The notes below the pieces were generated by a model, which did not search any database, was not told the origin of the DNA, and saw only the letters and a program-made list of their open reading frames with translations. A stretch of DNA of 64,000 nt from Paraspadella gotoi (lineage: Eukaryota; Animalia; Chaetognatha): positions 11,905,818 to 11,969,817 of the forward strand of contig CM119265.1 in NCBI GenBank assembly GCA_051294375.1, written 5' to 3'. The position numbers and the translations under genes are program-made. Shown in pieces: positions 24,001 through 36,000 of the stretch (positions are counted from its first letter, which is position 1; every line of letters starts with the position of its first letter).

Positions 24001-24889
24001 TACTTCTTCTTTCCTCCTCCTCCTGCCCTCAGTATATTTTGTCTAGCGATACATTCTCTCATTTCTACTCTTCGCGAAATATACCATTATTTTCCCTCTA
24101 TTTCTTCACGCCTTCAATACCCCTCAAGCCTTTCTATTCTTTCCTTCCTTTCTATTCTTTCTTTCCTTTCTATTCTTTCTTTCCTTTCTATTCTTTCTTT
24201 CCTTTCTATTCTTTTTTTCCTTTCTATTCTTTCTTTGCTTTCTGTTCTTTTTTTCCTTTCTGTTCTTTCTTTCCTTTCTGTTCTTTCTTTCCTTTCTATT
24301 CTTTCTTTCCTTTCTATTCTTTCTTTCCTTTCTATTCTTTCTTTCCTTTCTATTCTTTCTTTCCTTTCTATTCTTTCTTTCCTTTCTATTCTTTCTTTCC
24401 TTTCTATTCTTTTTTTACTTTCTATTCTTTCTTTATATTTATTCTTTTCTTCCTTTATTAATATTTTTTCTTTTTTCTGAAATTTTATTTTTTTTAGTAT
24501 CAAAATTTGTCGTCAATCCAGATTTTTCTTATGCGATTGCGACGATCCTTATTTTAAATATATTTACTATGTGAAAAGTATGATTACATACAAAAGTGTT
24601 CCGTATTACTCCGCACTACCCTAGTCAAATGAATCATACGTCTTTCGTTTCTTTAACAGAATTTGCGTCTACCTCTAGCCGCGAGCGAGCGGCCGAGTCG
24701 GACGTCTTCACTCAGAACGCCAACTTGGCGGGATTGCCCGCCGTTTCGGTTCCCGTCGGTCTCTCGTCCAAGAGGATGCCGATCGGACTTCAACTCGTAG
24801 GGCGAAAGTTTGACGAATCGATGCTGCTCCGCGCCGCCAAGTGGATCGAAGAGACGGTGGACTTTCCGCATCTTCCAGGACTAGTCTAG
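12004..24889 (+). CDS. QRSL1: Glutamyl-tRNA(Gln) amidotransferase subunit A, mitochondrial; exons 12004-12637, 13095-13328, 13391-13540, 13659-13880, 24660-24889
   Basis: Amidase signature ([56 protein letters not shown]), [52 protein letters not shown]. All junctions are GT-AG and keep the frame. Confidence 0.92.
14560..15095 (+). pseudogene. Degenerate Ty3/Gypsy pol fragment (integrase C-terminus)
   Basis: [26 protein letters not shown] resembles the GPY/F module and H..RLK end of Gypsy integrases; frames are broken upstream. Confidence 0.55.
15402..16114 (-). mobile_element. TRIM / LTR retrozyme family C: 5' LTR 16114-15856, PBS 15853-15841, interior, 3' LTR 15627-15402
   Basis: Direct repeats with TATGGC..GCCATA-type termini; TSD GCAT at 15398-15401 and 16115-16118; TGGTGAGCCCTAC two bases after the 5' LTR. 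Both twisters carry indels. Confidence 0.88.
17270..18374 (+). mobile_element. HINE / DINE-1-like copy
   Basis: TTTTTAGTCGGATCTGCTTATCAGCAGATCCCGAC start, GTCC repeats, ~142-bp units, GGCAGATCCGAC..CAAACTTGTT end. Confidence 0.72.
19285..19919. other. Assembly gap (a second short gap at 4277-4301)
   Basis: Run of N. Confidence 1.
20005..20297 (+). mobile_element. Family B LTR (20005-20287) followed by PBS-like TGGGAGCCCA; rest of element not seen
   Basis: TGTAG..CCACA; tRNA-like segment ~20059-20131 (TGGCTCATTGAG, loop CTCATGA, GGTTCAATCC); no TSD; PBS-like sequence abuts the 3' end. Confidence 0.8.
20138..20216 (+). ncRNA. Putative type-P5 twister ribozyme in family B LTR
   Basis: GCGG-AA-GCGT-GA-GGA-CGCGCCG-TAA-GCC-GC-CTTGGGGG-CATGGCAAA-CCCTCAAG-CCTGG-TTCCAAGC-CCAGG-ACCCGT; T1 TCC/GGA; predicted cut between 20160 and 20161. 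Confidence 0.72.
21156..21200 (+). ncRNA. Hammerhead-like motif in a decayed Penelope-like pseudo-LTR (~20900-21220), followed by a broken ORF
   Basis: CTGAAGA-A-GACTC-GAAAAA-GAATC-GAAAC-AT-GTC; palindromic ACATGT stem III; weak stem I. Confidence 0.55.
22775..23497. mobile_element. Tc1/mariner-type MITE, ~720 bp
   Basis: TIRs CAGAAGGCTTCATATT..AATATGAAGCCTTCTG with TA on both sides; the host repeat is uninterrupted near 230-630. Confidence 0.88.
24130..24432. repeat. 18-bp pyrimidine minisatellite (CTTTCTATTCTTTCTTTC)n
   Basis: About 17 tandem copies directly visible. Confidence 0.95.
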
Positions 24890-25014
24890 ACTTTACGCTG
24901 CTGCTTTACTGTTGTTACTCTATTGCTTTTTTCAACGTTACTTTTTTTGACGCCGCCGCCACCTGTGATCTCAAGTGTTTGATGTTGCTTTTTTCTTAAG
25001 GCAATTAGAGAACA

Positions 25015-26105
25015 ATGGAAATTGTTCCTAATGGCTGTTCCTACGACACGGAGAAATTAAAAATTGAAAACAAAAAAAATGTGATAATTTCCTCTTTACC
25101 TCATTCCTTGACCTTGGAAAAAAACAGCAATAACATTAACGAACCCGTTAAATGCAAGCGGAGAAAATCACGAGCTCTCCTGGAGGAGAATCGATTCGCC
25201 CAACGAATCGAAGACATGGTCGAGGAGCATTTAAAATACAGCAGGTGAGGGGAATTATATCTGTAAAGTTATTTATACATGCATACATACATTTCGTCTT
25301 TTGCGCTATGTAGACCTAACTCGGACGACGATTGGAAGGTCGTCTCCGAGGAGGGAGACATGAAAGTCTTCATTCGCGAAGTGGAAGAAGACGGCGCGAT
25401 ATGTGATCCGGTTAAAGCGGTCACGACCGTGAAGGTAAAATTACTTGGGGTAGCAATTGAATACTAGGTGATTCATTGCCTCATCGCATGTCTCTTTTCA
25501 CTTTACAGGGTGTAAGCGCTCGTGAGATGTGTCACCTTTATTTCGACCCTTCTGTTCGCATGTTGTGGGAGACTTCGATCGAGTCTTCCGAAGTGGTGGA
25601 AGCGGTGGAACCAAGCGACACCCTCGTGTATTACCAAAGGTGCAAGCGGATCTGGCCGGCGGCGCAGCGGGACACCCTCTGTCTGACCCATATTCGGCCC
25701 ATCCCGGCTGAGACCGAACTGGTGGGTGGAGCTGACGGCGTGGTCTCCCTGTCTCATCCCGGCCTTGACTGGATGGTCGTCAACTTCTCCATCGACGACG
25801 ATGACTTTTACGTGCCGCTCGGCGGCTGCGTCCGCGCGCGCGTCCAGGTTTCCATGACGTGCCGCACGGTAGTGGCACCAGAAGCTACCGGCGCCGATTC
25901 GCCGCAAGATCCCGAGGCGGCATTGGCGGCGCTGAGTCGCGACCAAATCGCCTGCGATATCGTATATCAATCGTTCGTTGACTTTGGCGGGTGGGCGCCA
26001 GCTGCCGCCACCAGGGCGGTGGCCAAAAAGGAGTACCCAAAGTTCGTTAAAAAATTCAGTCAGTTTGTCAAAAATCAAACTAAGGATTTGCCGATCATGT
26101 TTTAA
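25015..26105 (+). CDS. START-domain lipid-transfer protein, CERT/STARD11-like, apparently lacking the PH domain; exons 25015-25244, 25314-25434, 25509-26105
   Basis: WKVVSEEGDMKVFIREVEEDGAICDPVKAVTTVKGVSAREMCHLYFD..WE, KRIWPAAQRD, W..VNFS, GGWAPAAATRAVAKKEYPKFVKKF are CERT START motifs; GT-AG introns in frame. Confidence 0.85.
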
Positions 26106-28365
26106 AATTAGATTGTTTAACTTTGAATTTAACCTGTTGCAGTATTAGTATTATTCCAAGTCAATCTAATTGGGCTTGGTTGGTTAGTTTTCTTAGAAAA
26201 CCTCCGTATGCTAACGGCTGCTGCAGCACTCATAGCAATGTTCCAAATTTAACGCAATCTACTTGCATAATAATTGAATTCAAGGGTAAATATCTCGCTC
26301 TTTATTATTACAGCACCGACCGAGATTCGGACATCCCCGGTATTGCTTTTACTTGGCTAGATGTGTTCCTACCAGGGTTGTGGAGCTGGCCATTTTTTCT
26401 CCAGCTCCAACTCCAGCTCCGGCCAAAAAAATTTTTCAGCTCCAGCTCCAACTCCGGCTCCATCCTAAATTTTTTTCCAGCTCCGACTCCAGCTCCAGCT
26501 CCACTAAAAATTTTGAGACAGCTCCAGGTCCCGCTCCGGCTCCCAGCTCCGACCCTTTAAAGTTTAATGATTAATGTTGCTTATATTTAAATTAGACCTA
26601 ATTTTATTAATTTACTTATTTATAACTTATTTATTTGCTTATATTTAAATAAATATTAATTTAATTAATTCATGTATGAAATCATTTGATAATTCATTAA
26701 TTAATTATGTATTTTTTAATATTTAACGTATGAGAACAAGATTTGTACTTAAATGTACACAAGGAGTATAAGAGAGTATAAACAATTACTCCCCACATAA
26801 TTATTAGTTTATTTACTTTATATAAAATAAAATTTTATCTAAAATTTTACTTTTACATTTTAAAATATTTTGATTATTTATCAGGATTTTACTATCTAGT
26901 TTAAGGCTCAGTATTTCATGAGTTATGCTGCATTGAATTTAAGGTGATCATGAAAAGTAGGATACTTATGCACATTAAAGGTCTTTACGTTAACCTTACC
27001 TTACCAACTGACCCACCGACCGACATAAAAGGCGGCTACAGTTAGAGGAAGGGGAAGGTCTCACTCCCGATGCCAAGGAACCAAGGACAAACTTTAGCCC
27101 GCCTTGTCTTAAGGCAAGATAGGGCAGCCAGCAGACATATCAGGTCAGATGAAGTACCCCAAGGCATTTTTCCAAGAGGATCTTTGCCCGACCCTAATAT
27201 GACGAGGTCCATAAAGTCTGGGAACTCAAGATTAAATGGCCTATGACAAGCCAATGACCCGGTCACATCGTCACTGCTTACCTTTGTCCAAAAGCGGGGC
27301 CAGCTCTTTCTTCTCTTATTTTTTACTAACTTTCTTCTCTTTAATGTAGTTTATTGTTACTTTTATTATTTAAAATGATAATGTTTGCAAACTTAAATTG
27401 TTAATATATATTAGCTTATCTCAACTATCTTTCTTTCAATATCCCTCACTTTTTTAGTACTTATTCTTAACCTGTCTTTAACCTCCCACTGTTTTTTTCT
27501 TATTTTTTTTGGAAACCTCTATCTCTCTCCCTCTTTCACGTTTCACACACGCAAACCTTATACTTATTTTCACAAATAATTTATTAATTTTTGCGCTAAT
27601 GAAGACTTACATCTAAAGTTTAAAAATTTTCCTTTTTCTCCTTTTTAAAATAAAATTGTTGCATAAACAAAACAAGATCGGTACATCCAATGTTTTGCGC
27701 CACAGTGACTTTCTTTTCATGTGTAATTTTTATGAATTTTTCTTTGCAGAACATTCAATTTAAAATGAGTCATCATTTTCTTACTTTTTTAATTTTTAGA
27801 TAATTTTTTACTTTAAAATAAATTTTATTAAAAAAATTATGTAAAAAAATATTTTGAATAGATATAAATTATTTAAATTTTAATTTGTATAAAATAAGTG
27901 CATTAATAAAAAGAAATAAACAAATATTAAAAACAATATAAAAATTTATCAAAATATGCTAATTAATTTGATATTTAAATTTTCTTATTGAAGTTGTGAG
28001 CGATTGAATCATTAAGCCAGAACAAAATGGTTGCTATTTATTCAATAAATTATTATTAAATCAATTAAAAAAGTAATATGAAACAAGATAAGTAAATAAT
28101 TTTAAAAATAATGATTATTGCATTATAAAAGCTCTGGAGCTTAAAATATAAAGTTGTTTTTTACCCTCCTGCATCTACAGAAAATATTTAAAACAATATT
28201 TAATCAATATTATAAAAATATTGATAAATAATAAAAAAATATATAATTTAAACTTTTTTTTAAAAAATCACTGGAAAAATATTTTTACAATTGCTTTATG
28301 TAATAACTACAGAAGTTTGCTTTGTTCAATTTTAAAATTTGGGTATCCTATAAAATGGTCCATAC

Positions 28366-28914
28366 TAAGCCAATGGATTTGACTGAACGATGATGGACGT
28401 GAGACGGTGTGAATATACCGCCATAGGATCCCCGGGCCAAAACATCACTCAGGTTGATCAAGCCTGAGAAGTATCTGACAAGACTGTTATTATAGAGGGA
28501 GAGAGTGATAGAGCGCGAGTTGTAGGGCATAGGAATTTGTTGGAGCATACCCCAGGGGCATAGGCGTTTGTCGTAATGTACCCAAAGTTGGCAGGGCCTA
28601 TGCGTTTGTCATAGCGTACCCTGGAAAGGTTGCGTGTTTGATAGTAGGGCCTCACCACTTTTGGCAACAGCTGGGTTGCCTGTGATACCCATTGGGATGT
28701 GGCATCTCACTGTTGGCTTTGGGGGCTTCCGACCCACAGTGACGCATCCAGTCACTGGCGCAGTTACCCTCGGACGGTCTCGCTTTGCCAACGCAGAGGG
28801 AAGTCGTTAGGACTGTGGATGGAACTCTACGCCTGGGTTGGTGTGTTCCCCCTCTGAGCCAATGGTTTTGGCTGAACGATGATGGACGTTAGGCGATGTG
28901 AATATACCGCCACA
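28366..28914 (-). mobile_element. TRIM family C, second copy: 5' LTR 28914-28660, internally deleted 3' LTR 28425-28366
   Basis: Homologous to 15402-16114; TSD ATAC at 28362-28365 and 28915-28918; PBS TGGTGAGGCCCTAC. Confidence 0.85.
28712..28792 (-). ncRNA. Putative type-P5 twister ribozyme in family C LTR
   Basis: GTTGGC-AAA-GCGA-GA-CCGT-CCGAGGG-TAA-CTGC-GC-CAGTGAC-TGGATGC-GTCACTG-TGGG-TCGGAAGC-CCC-CAAA-GCCAAC; T1 CGG/CCG; P5 of 6 bp; predicted cut between 28766 and 28765. Confidence 0.75.
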
Positions 28915-31659
28915 ATACAACATATTTTATAAAAGTTTTTTTATTTTTTTCTGTCAAATCCGAAATTTTTATAAAATCTATTTTAAATTTTTGAAATTTA
29001 TAAGGATAAAAAATACAATACAAAAAAATATTGTTAACTCGCTTAATCTTTTCATCACTCCACACTACTATACATGACTAAAAACATTAGGTTTCACTGT
29101 GACACTATAAAATAATCAGTCCTACAGTATATAAAATGACGTAATGACATTAACGATGTCCGTGACCTTATAAAAAATTCAAAGACATACAGCACAGAGA
29201 ATGACGTTATAACGATATTGACACTATAAATTAATAAAAATGTCGCAAAAAATGTTATTGCTCTGCTATACTATAATGATATATAGCACAAAAAAGACTT
29301 ATCGACTGATGTTGACCGTGATGCAACAAAATAAACCAAACCAAACATAATAAGTACTGAAAAAGACATACTAACATATAATGACATATGAATCTAAATG
29401 ATTTAAAAAATGAAGTGGAAATCCTGATTATTATTATTAGTAAGAAAGTAAATAAAATCGCCGGCCGAATTCTTTAAAAATTCCAATGCCCGCTAAGAAA
29501 TATTTTGCTCCCTCTGTTCAAACGCCGGTCGCAAAACGTTACCTTATTTGGAAGTATTTTTAGAATTGTTTACTTTACAAATGTAAACCAAATTTTCTCT
29601 CTCTCGCCGTATAAAAATGAATGCCACTTTGTACAATTAGCCAATTCGATTCCATTCGCTTTTCTGATTTTAATAAATCGATTCATCTCATTTTGTTCGC
29701 CATTTTATCTCGACCATCTCCACTATGATAAGTATGACTTTAATATAATTGACTTGGGTAAATTGACTAACGTAAAAAAGACGTAAATAACCAATCGCCA
29801 ATGATCAATAACCATGACATAAATTTGACGTAAAGTTTAGTAAACTGAAAGTGTCATGAATTTAAAGTAAACTAAAAGTGAAGCGAATATATTATAAAAT
29901 AAACTAAAAGGTGTAATAAATAGGTGGCATAAATAAGTAATATAATTTAGATAAATAACCTAAAATGATGCACTTGTCTTAAAATATGTTAATGTTAAAT
30001 GTATAGGTTAGAGTTATATGGTCTAAGGTTAGGGTTAGTGCCTAAGTTTAAGATAACGTTTAAGTTTTAATTAGTGTTAGTCATGGTAAATAATATAAAT
30101 AATAATAAATAATAATAATAAACGAAAGTAATAACAATTTTGAAAATAATGTTATGTTACACTTAAAGACTTTTCTTATTTAAGTTTACAAATTTGTTAA
30201 CTAAGTTTATATTTGTCACCAAATTTAAATCTACATTATTATTTTACGTATACTTATTTAATATAATTTGTAAATGTGTCACTATGAAGCAATTAAAGCT
30301 TAATTTTAAAGGAAAAAATATTTTACCAAGTCACGGCTTAACATTTAGATTATGCAAATTATAATTTGGATTTTATTTCATATCTATACTGAACAAACAA
30401 GAGACAACGTTTTAATAAAGCTTTTTTCCTTCTGAAAAAATTAATATTATTTTTTATTTTTATAAATTTTATTATTTCCAAAAATTTTCTTGGAGCTGGA
30501 GTTTGGACCTTTTTTTGCCCGCTCCGACTCCAGCTCCAGCTCCGGCCAAGATAAAATCTCAGCTCCAGCTCCAGCTCCCGCTCCGGTAAGAAAATAAATT
30601 CGGCTCCAGCTCCGGCCAAATATGCCAGCTCCGGCAGCTCCGACTCCAGCTCCACATCCCTGGTTCCTCCTACACTGAATCTCCGCAAGCTAGTGCTGTT
30701 TCACAGCTCACTCTACCAAGCTCGAATTTCCTTCACCATGAGATTGGTCAGAACGCTGAAGAAAATTTAAATCCTTTTGTCAAGGTCTATAATGTATTCC
30801 AACCGCAAGATTATAAAAAATATTCCCACTGAGCTTTTTTTTCTTTGGTTATAAAAAGTTGTTTAATAATTGTTTTTGTAATATACATTGCTTTTTCGAA
30901 CTCCCCTTCTCCCTGATAATTTTTTCTTTCCTCTTGCCTTAGTGAAATTCGGTAAATTTATATTATTCTCATTCCGTCTTGATGCTAATTTTAGCTGTAA
31001 TTATTTTATATTAAATTTAAAATGAAGACAATAATACCTCCTTCCGCATGGCTCATGTTTGGGCGACTGTTTTCATTCGAGATTGCCGCTGGATCAGAAT
31101 TTGACTTGACTTGATAGGCGTTCGTCCTTCGGGGGACTGCCTCACTCTCAATGCTGTCGTCGTATGTGTCGCGCTCGATTCGATCTATCGAGATCCATTT
31201 CGCAAAGATTACATCTAACTCGAACACTTTTGAAGACTCTAGCTGGATCAGAATAGCTGCGTTGTCGTCGGCGTCGTCTCACGCTTCTTTACATCAAATT
31301 TTTTTTCGCTCTCTTTTAATTATTATATGTCGCTCTCTCTCTCTCTTTTTTTCCGTCGCTGCTTCTTCTGATTCGTCTAAAAACGAGTTCAGCTCTGCAG
31401 CGGCTTTCCAGCTTCTCTCTACCTCTCAGTATGAATCATTCACGCACGTTTTATTTACGATGAATGATTCATCGCGTCAATGACTATCATCGCATCAATC
31501 ATTTGGTTATCATCGCATCAATATTTGGTTATCATCGCATCAATAAATTAAAATTACATCAGTCAATCAATTACTTTTACATCAATCAATCAATTACTAT
31601 TATATCAATCAATCACTATTAAATCAATCAGATACTATTACATCAATTTATTATTATTA

Positions 31660-31896
31660 TATGGCAATGTAGGGACATGTGTGATGCCTGGGGTGTGAGG
31701 TATCTCCCGACACCTGCAGTGACCACCCCATGTCACTGGCGTGTTTATGCCAATACCATCACACTTTAACCAGCGTGACCATGAGGGGATTGAACCCGGA
31801 ACTCACGGTTGGTGAACGAGTACTAAGCTGTCCAAGCCAATGGGACGAGCTGAGTTTCACCAAGCTATACGGGAGGCGAATTTAGGATTCGCCACA
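31660..31896 (-). mobile_element. Solo LTR, family D (tRNA-like head + partly deleted twister)
   Basis: TGTGGC..GCCATA on -; TSD ATTA; B box GGTTCAATCC; GTGT-GA-TGGT-ATTGGCA-TAA-ACAC-GC-CAGTGAC..GTCACTG gives perfect P2 and P3, but the P4 loop is missing. Confidence 0.82.
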
Positions 31897-32029
31897 ATTA
31901 TTTCAATAATTCGTTATAGCATCAATCATTCGTTTTTGTTTTTTTTTCATTAATTTTCTTTGATAGTAACGTCTGTCGAGATCACTATACTTTTAAGATT
32001 TTTATCTGACAATTTAACAAAAAGACACG

Positions 32030-33012
32030 ATGGACTTCCTCGTCTCGTTGCTCAACCGGTTTTACCCGGAAAAATGCGTAAAGACTCTTCTCGTCGACCT
32101 GGATTTCTTTAACGCGGAGTGTCTCAAGATCGTCGCGTCCAAGTCGCTAGGATACGCCATTATCGTTGCCTCGGTCTTGGTCAAGGTGGGAAAGAAAATC
32201 GCTCACCGAATGTCGAATGAAATCGCTCACCCACATTATACCCTTTCGTTAGCTTCCGCAACTTCTGAAGATGATCGGTGCTAAGTCGGGGAAAGGGATC
32301 AACTTAGCATCGGTTACTCTGGAGTTGGCCGCCGTTTCAAGCACGGTCGCCTACAGCATTGCCAAATCCTTTCCATTCACGTTAGAACCTAAAATGTTTC
32401 GAATAGCAAAAACACTCGAAACAGTTTTAATAAATTTCTTATTATTCATACTCATAGCGCTTGGGGCGAAGGCCTTTTCCTGGCGATGCAAACGGCCGGA
32501 GTTGCTTTTCTCACCCTCCTCTACGAAACTTCATTTTCTACAGCGACTGCTTACGTTTCCGCCTATTCGGCCGTAATGGTCGCGTTACTAGGTGGCTTCG
32601 CGCCGGTGCAAGTCATTATCGCGTTGCAAGCGCTCAACATTCCAATTGTTATAGCTTCGAAGGTATAATTTGTGTAAGAGTGATTGTTATATTAACTAAT
32701 ATCAGTCGATAGTTGTTTTAATCAACTAACAAATTTCCCAGTAAAGCATGGACCATTTTCCAACTTCTTACTTAGTTTCTTCAAATCCTGACGAACTTTC
32801 GCGCCTCATCCACGGGCCAACTATCAATCGTGACGGTGGGACTTTTATTCCTCGGCTGCGTCGTCCGCATCGCCACCTCTTGGGTGGAGACCGGCGACAT
32901 CCTCACCGTCGTCAACTATGTTGTCGCCGCCGTTCTCAACGGAACAATTTGCGGGCAGATCCTTTACTACGGGTCGGAGGATAAAAAGCGGGAAACGAAG
33001 AAAACTTCGTAA
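32030..33012 (+). CDS. MPDU1: Mannose-P-dolichol utilization defect 1 (PQ-loop); exons 32030-32185, 32253-32380, 32458-32662, 32776-33012
   Basis: CLKIVASKSLGYAIIVASVLVK|LPQLLKMIGAKSGKGI..FPFT|AWGEGLFLAMQT..K|FLQILTNFRASSTGQLS..G..VRIATSWVETGD; GT-AG introns in frame. Confidence 0.92.
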
Positions 33013-36000
33013 AGACTGATTTATATGATATCGGTTGTTTTTTCTGAATATGTTATGTTTGATCTAATCTTAAGTTAAAATAATGTATACCTATATATGT
33101 ATAGCTAATAGCTATACTAGTCATTATATATTTAATATTAAATAAGCTAGTAAATGTCATAACAGAAGTTGTTTCGTTTTCATAATTGAAAATTATCTCG
33201 TTCTAACTGAATAATATAGTTTTTTTTTAACCATCATTTTGAAAACTTTCACAATACTGTTATCTCTAGTATAATTTTAAGTGCTTAAAACGATTAACAA
33301 GGTGTCGTCAATCAGATTTTGCCTTAGTCCCACGCACAATTGACCGGAAGTTGGTGTGGACTACAACATGAAATTTTTTTTTAACCACAAGTGAAAAGTG
33401 AATCAGATGTTTTTTTAAAAACTATTTCCTTATCCTGCAATTACAGAGTTCGGACTTGAATCTTAACCCCTTAATTGATCCTCTCCCACGCAAGATTGTT
33501 TTACAAAATTGTTTTATTTTTTATAGCAGAAGAATCGTTAAGGATTTTTCTATCTTTTGGATTGTTTTAGTTTTGCTATGTCAAAAAACATTAGTATGGG
33601 AATCAACCGAAAACCACTGTATATAAATATTTGCACTCCTACAAAAGTTACAATGATCAACCTTGTGGGTTTCTTTATGGTGGTATTGAGAGAGTACTGT
33701 TTAATAAACAGTTTTTATGGATTTTTCAAAAAAACAAATCTAATTTCTAGCATAAGCCAAAATTGTTTAACAAGCAATATCAATCAGTTTGTACTTTAAA
33801 ATTTTATATCTTAAAAAAAAAAATTGAAGCTGCAGTATGCTGCAGTAACTTCTAATACCGTACAATTACCGGGATTAGGTCCCTGACTTATAAACCATCG
33901 ATCTATGTAATTTATACGGCATAATATATTATGTTACTAGTATAAAGTAAGATTTCCTTTAATATAATTTCTCCGAATTTTGGCCCTAGGGCATTATGCC
34001 CCATATAATACAGTATCTAAATTCATTTGGATATTGCAGTATGGGGCGAATTAAATGTATCAATCTCGGCCCATTATTGAATACACAGTGGTACCAAGAA
34101 TGTAAAGACTTTTTCATATCGTCCACTCATCTTTGGAAGGGTCCTATGGAAGGTATACTTCATAAATGAGTACCTGACATGAACTAAACATGAAGTAAAA
34201 TGACCAATAAAATAATTGTTAAAACTAAATTTTTCAGATATATCATTAAGTACAAATTATCGAGGGGATTAGTAATTTTTCCTATGGGGGTTAAGTTTTA
34301 AGTCCCAGCCCTGTAGTATAATTATTTAATAAGTCGTGCTTAAAAAAAATGTTTTCACCCATAGTGGGCGTGTCCTGAACCGGAAATAATGCTCAATAAT
34401 CAATCAAACATGTATTATTAAAAGTTTTCTGATCTTCTATGACTGCTAAAGATTTTTTATTGTTTTATCACAAGGGATTATCAAAGTTATCAATTATCGC
34501 TTCTTAAAAAGATTTGTTTTCTAATAGCTTTTAATATTTTGAAATTTCATCCCTAGTCAAAACAAAATCATTTTAGAATTCTGCAATCTGCATTGATATA
34601 TTATTAATGTATTTATTGTTATAAAGCTTAGTATAAGACAAGCAAGTTTTAAATTAGAATCGTCTCAATTTCAATTTGAAAAGACCTCAGTTTAGTACTC
34701 TGTTCTGGTGTTAGTTTTTTTTTTCAATTGAAATAAGACTGAAGTCTTTTGTTCATCTAGTTAAAAATGAGGTTGAAAGCCTTATCTATTTGCATATTAT
34801 TGAAAATGAATGAGATTGATTGTATGAAATGAAAACTCGTCAAAAAATTATAATCCCTATTAATATTTTATTTCCTCATGTTAAAAAATTTTAATCTTGA
34901 ATAAATTTTTTTTTTTAAGAAAAAACCACACTGAGGTCAAATTTTATATTTGCATATTCAACTAATTTGTAAATATTTATCACAACTCCTAAAAAATATA
35001 AAAATGATTAAATAAATACACAAAAAATATTTATAAATTTAATAATAGTACAAATTATCAGAATAACAAAAAAAAGTAATGTTTAATTTGACTATATCTC
35101 TCTTCCGACTCCTATTTTAGATATTATTTGCCAATAGTGGGCCGACCGGTCCAAAGCTACAATAATAAATAATAAAACAATTTGATATATGCCATTTAGT
35201 TATTTGGCAAAATTGCCGGATATATAGTAGGTATCGCCTACCTATCAGTATTACATTAGCTGATGCACATGTGACATTGCATGTTGTTGTAAATAATGGA
35301 ATTTATGTTTCATACGCTGCTAAGCGCGGAATAAATGGCGATAATAAAAGTTTTTAGAAGGAAAAAAATAATCAGAATTTTTCAAAAAACGAACGATCAC
35401 GCAAGAGAGAGAGACAGAGAGAGAAAGAGAAAGCTGGACAGCCGCTGGAAGGCCGCTGTACAGTCACTGCAGAACCTGAACTCGTTTTTAAACGATTCAG
35501 AAAAGGCAGCGCCTGACAAAAATAGGATATTTTTTTATTTATTTTTTAATTTTATATATTTTTATTAATAACAAAAACAGTACTGACAAAATTATAAACA
35601 GTATCAGTGTAAAAGACTAAAAAACAGTAAACAAGTAAAAACTAAACTAAATTCAACAAAGACAAAAGACATTAATGTTTAAATGGACATATGAATAAAA
35701 TGTTATGAACTAATTCATACGATACTATAAAATATAATGTTCAAGAACGTTAAAAATTCACATTTTTAAACAAAAAAAAACATCAAGTATAAAAAGGAAG
35801 CAACGTTAATAAAACGTTCAAAAATAATGCAACATTATTAAAATGTTCAAAGATTATAGGATTTTTTAAAAATTTTTTTATTAATACCAAAAACAGTATT
35901 GACAAATTCAGAAACAGTATCAGTGTAAAAAACTAGAAAACAGTAAGTAAAAACTAAACTATTAAAATTCAATAAAAACAAAAGACATTAAAGATTCTAG

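Larger units (their letters stand above)
26373..30662. mobile_element. Non-autonomous hAT-type element, 4.3 kb, with GCTCCA/GCTCCG subterminal repeats and nested insertions
   Basis: TIRs CAGGGTTGTGGAGCTGG / CCAGCTCCACATCCCTG; 8-bp TSD GTTCCTAC / GTTCCTCC (one mismatch). Confidence 0.8.

Noticed and set aside
23914-24503. ORFs with SILSFL / ERKERI repeats
   Set aside because: Translations of the 18-bp minisatellite.
27040-27300. GC-richer island inside the hAT element
   Set aside because: No termini, TSD, RNA fold or protein motif that I could support.
31006-31483. Possible gene divergent from MPDU1
   Set aside because: No recognisable protein; part of it recurs inverted at ~35420-35510, suggesting a repeat fragment.
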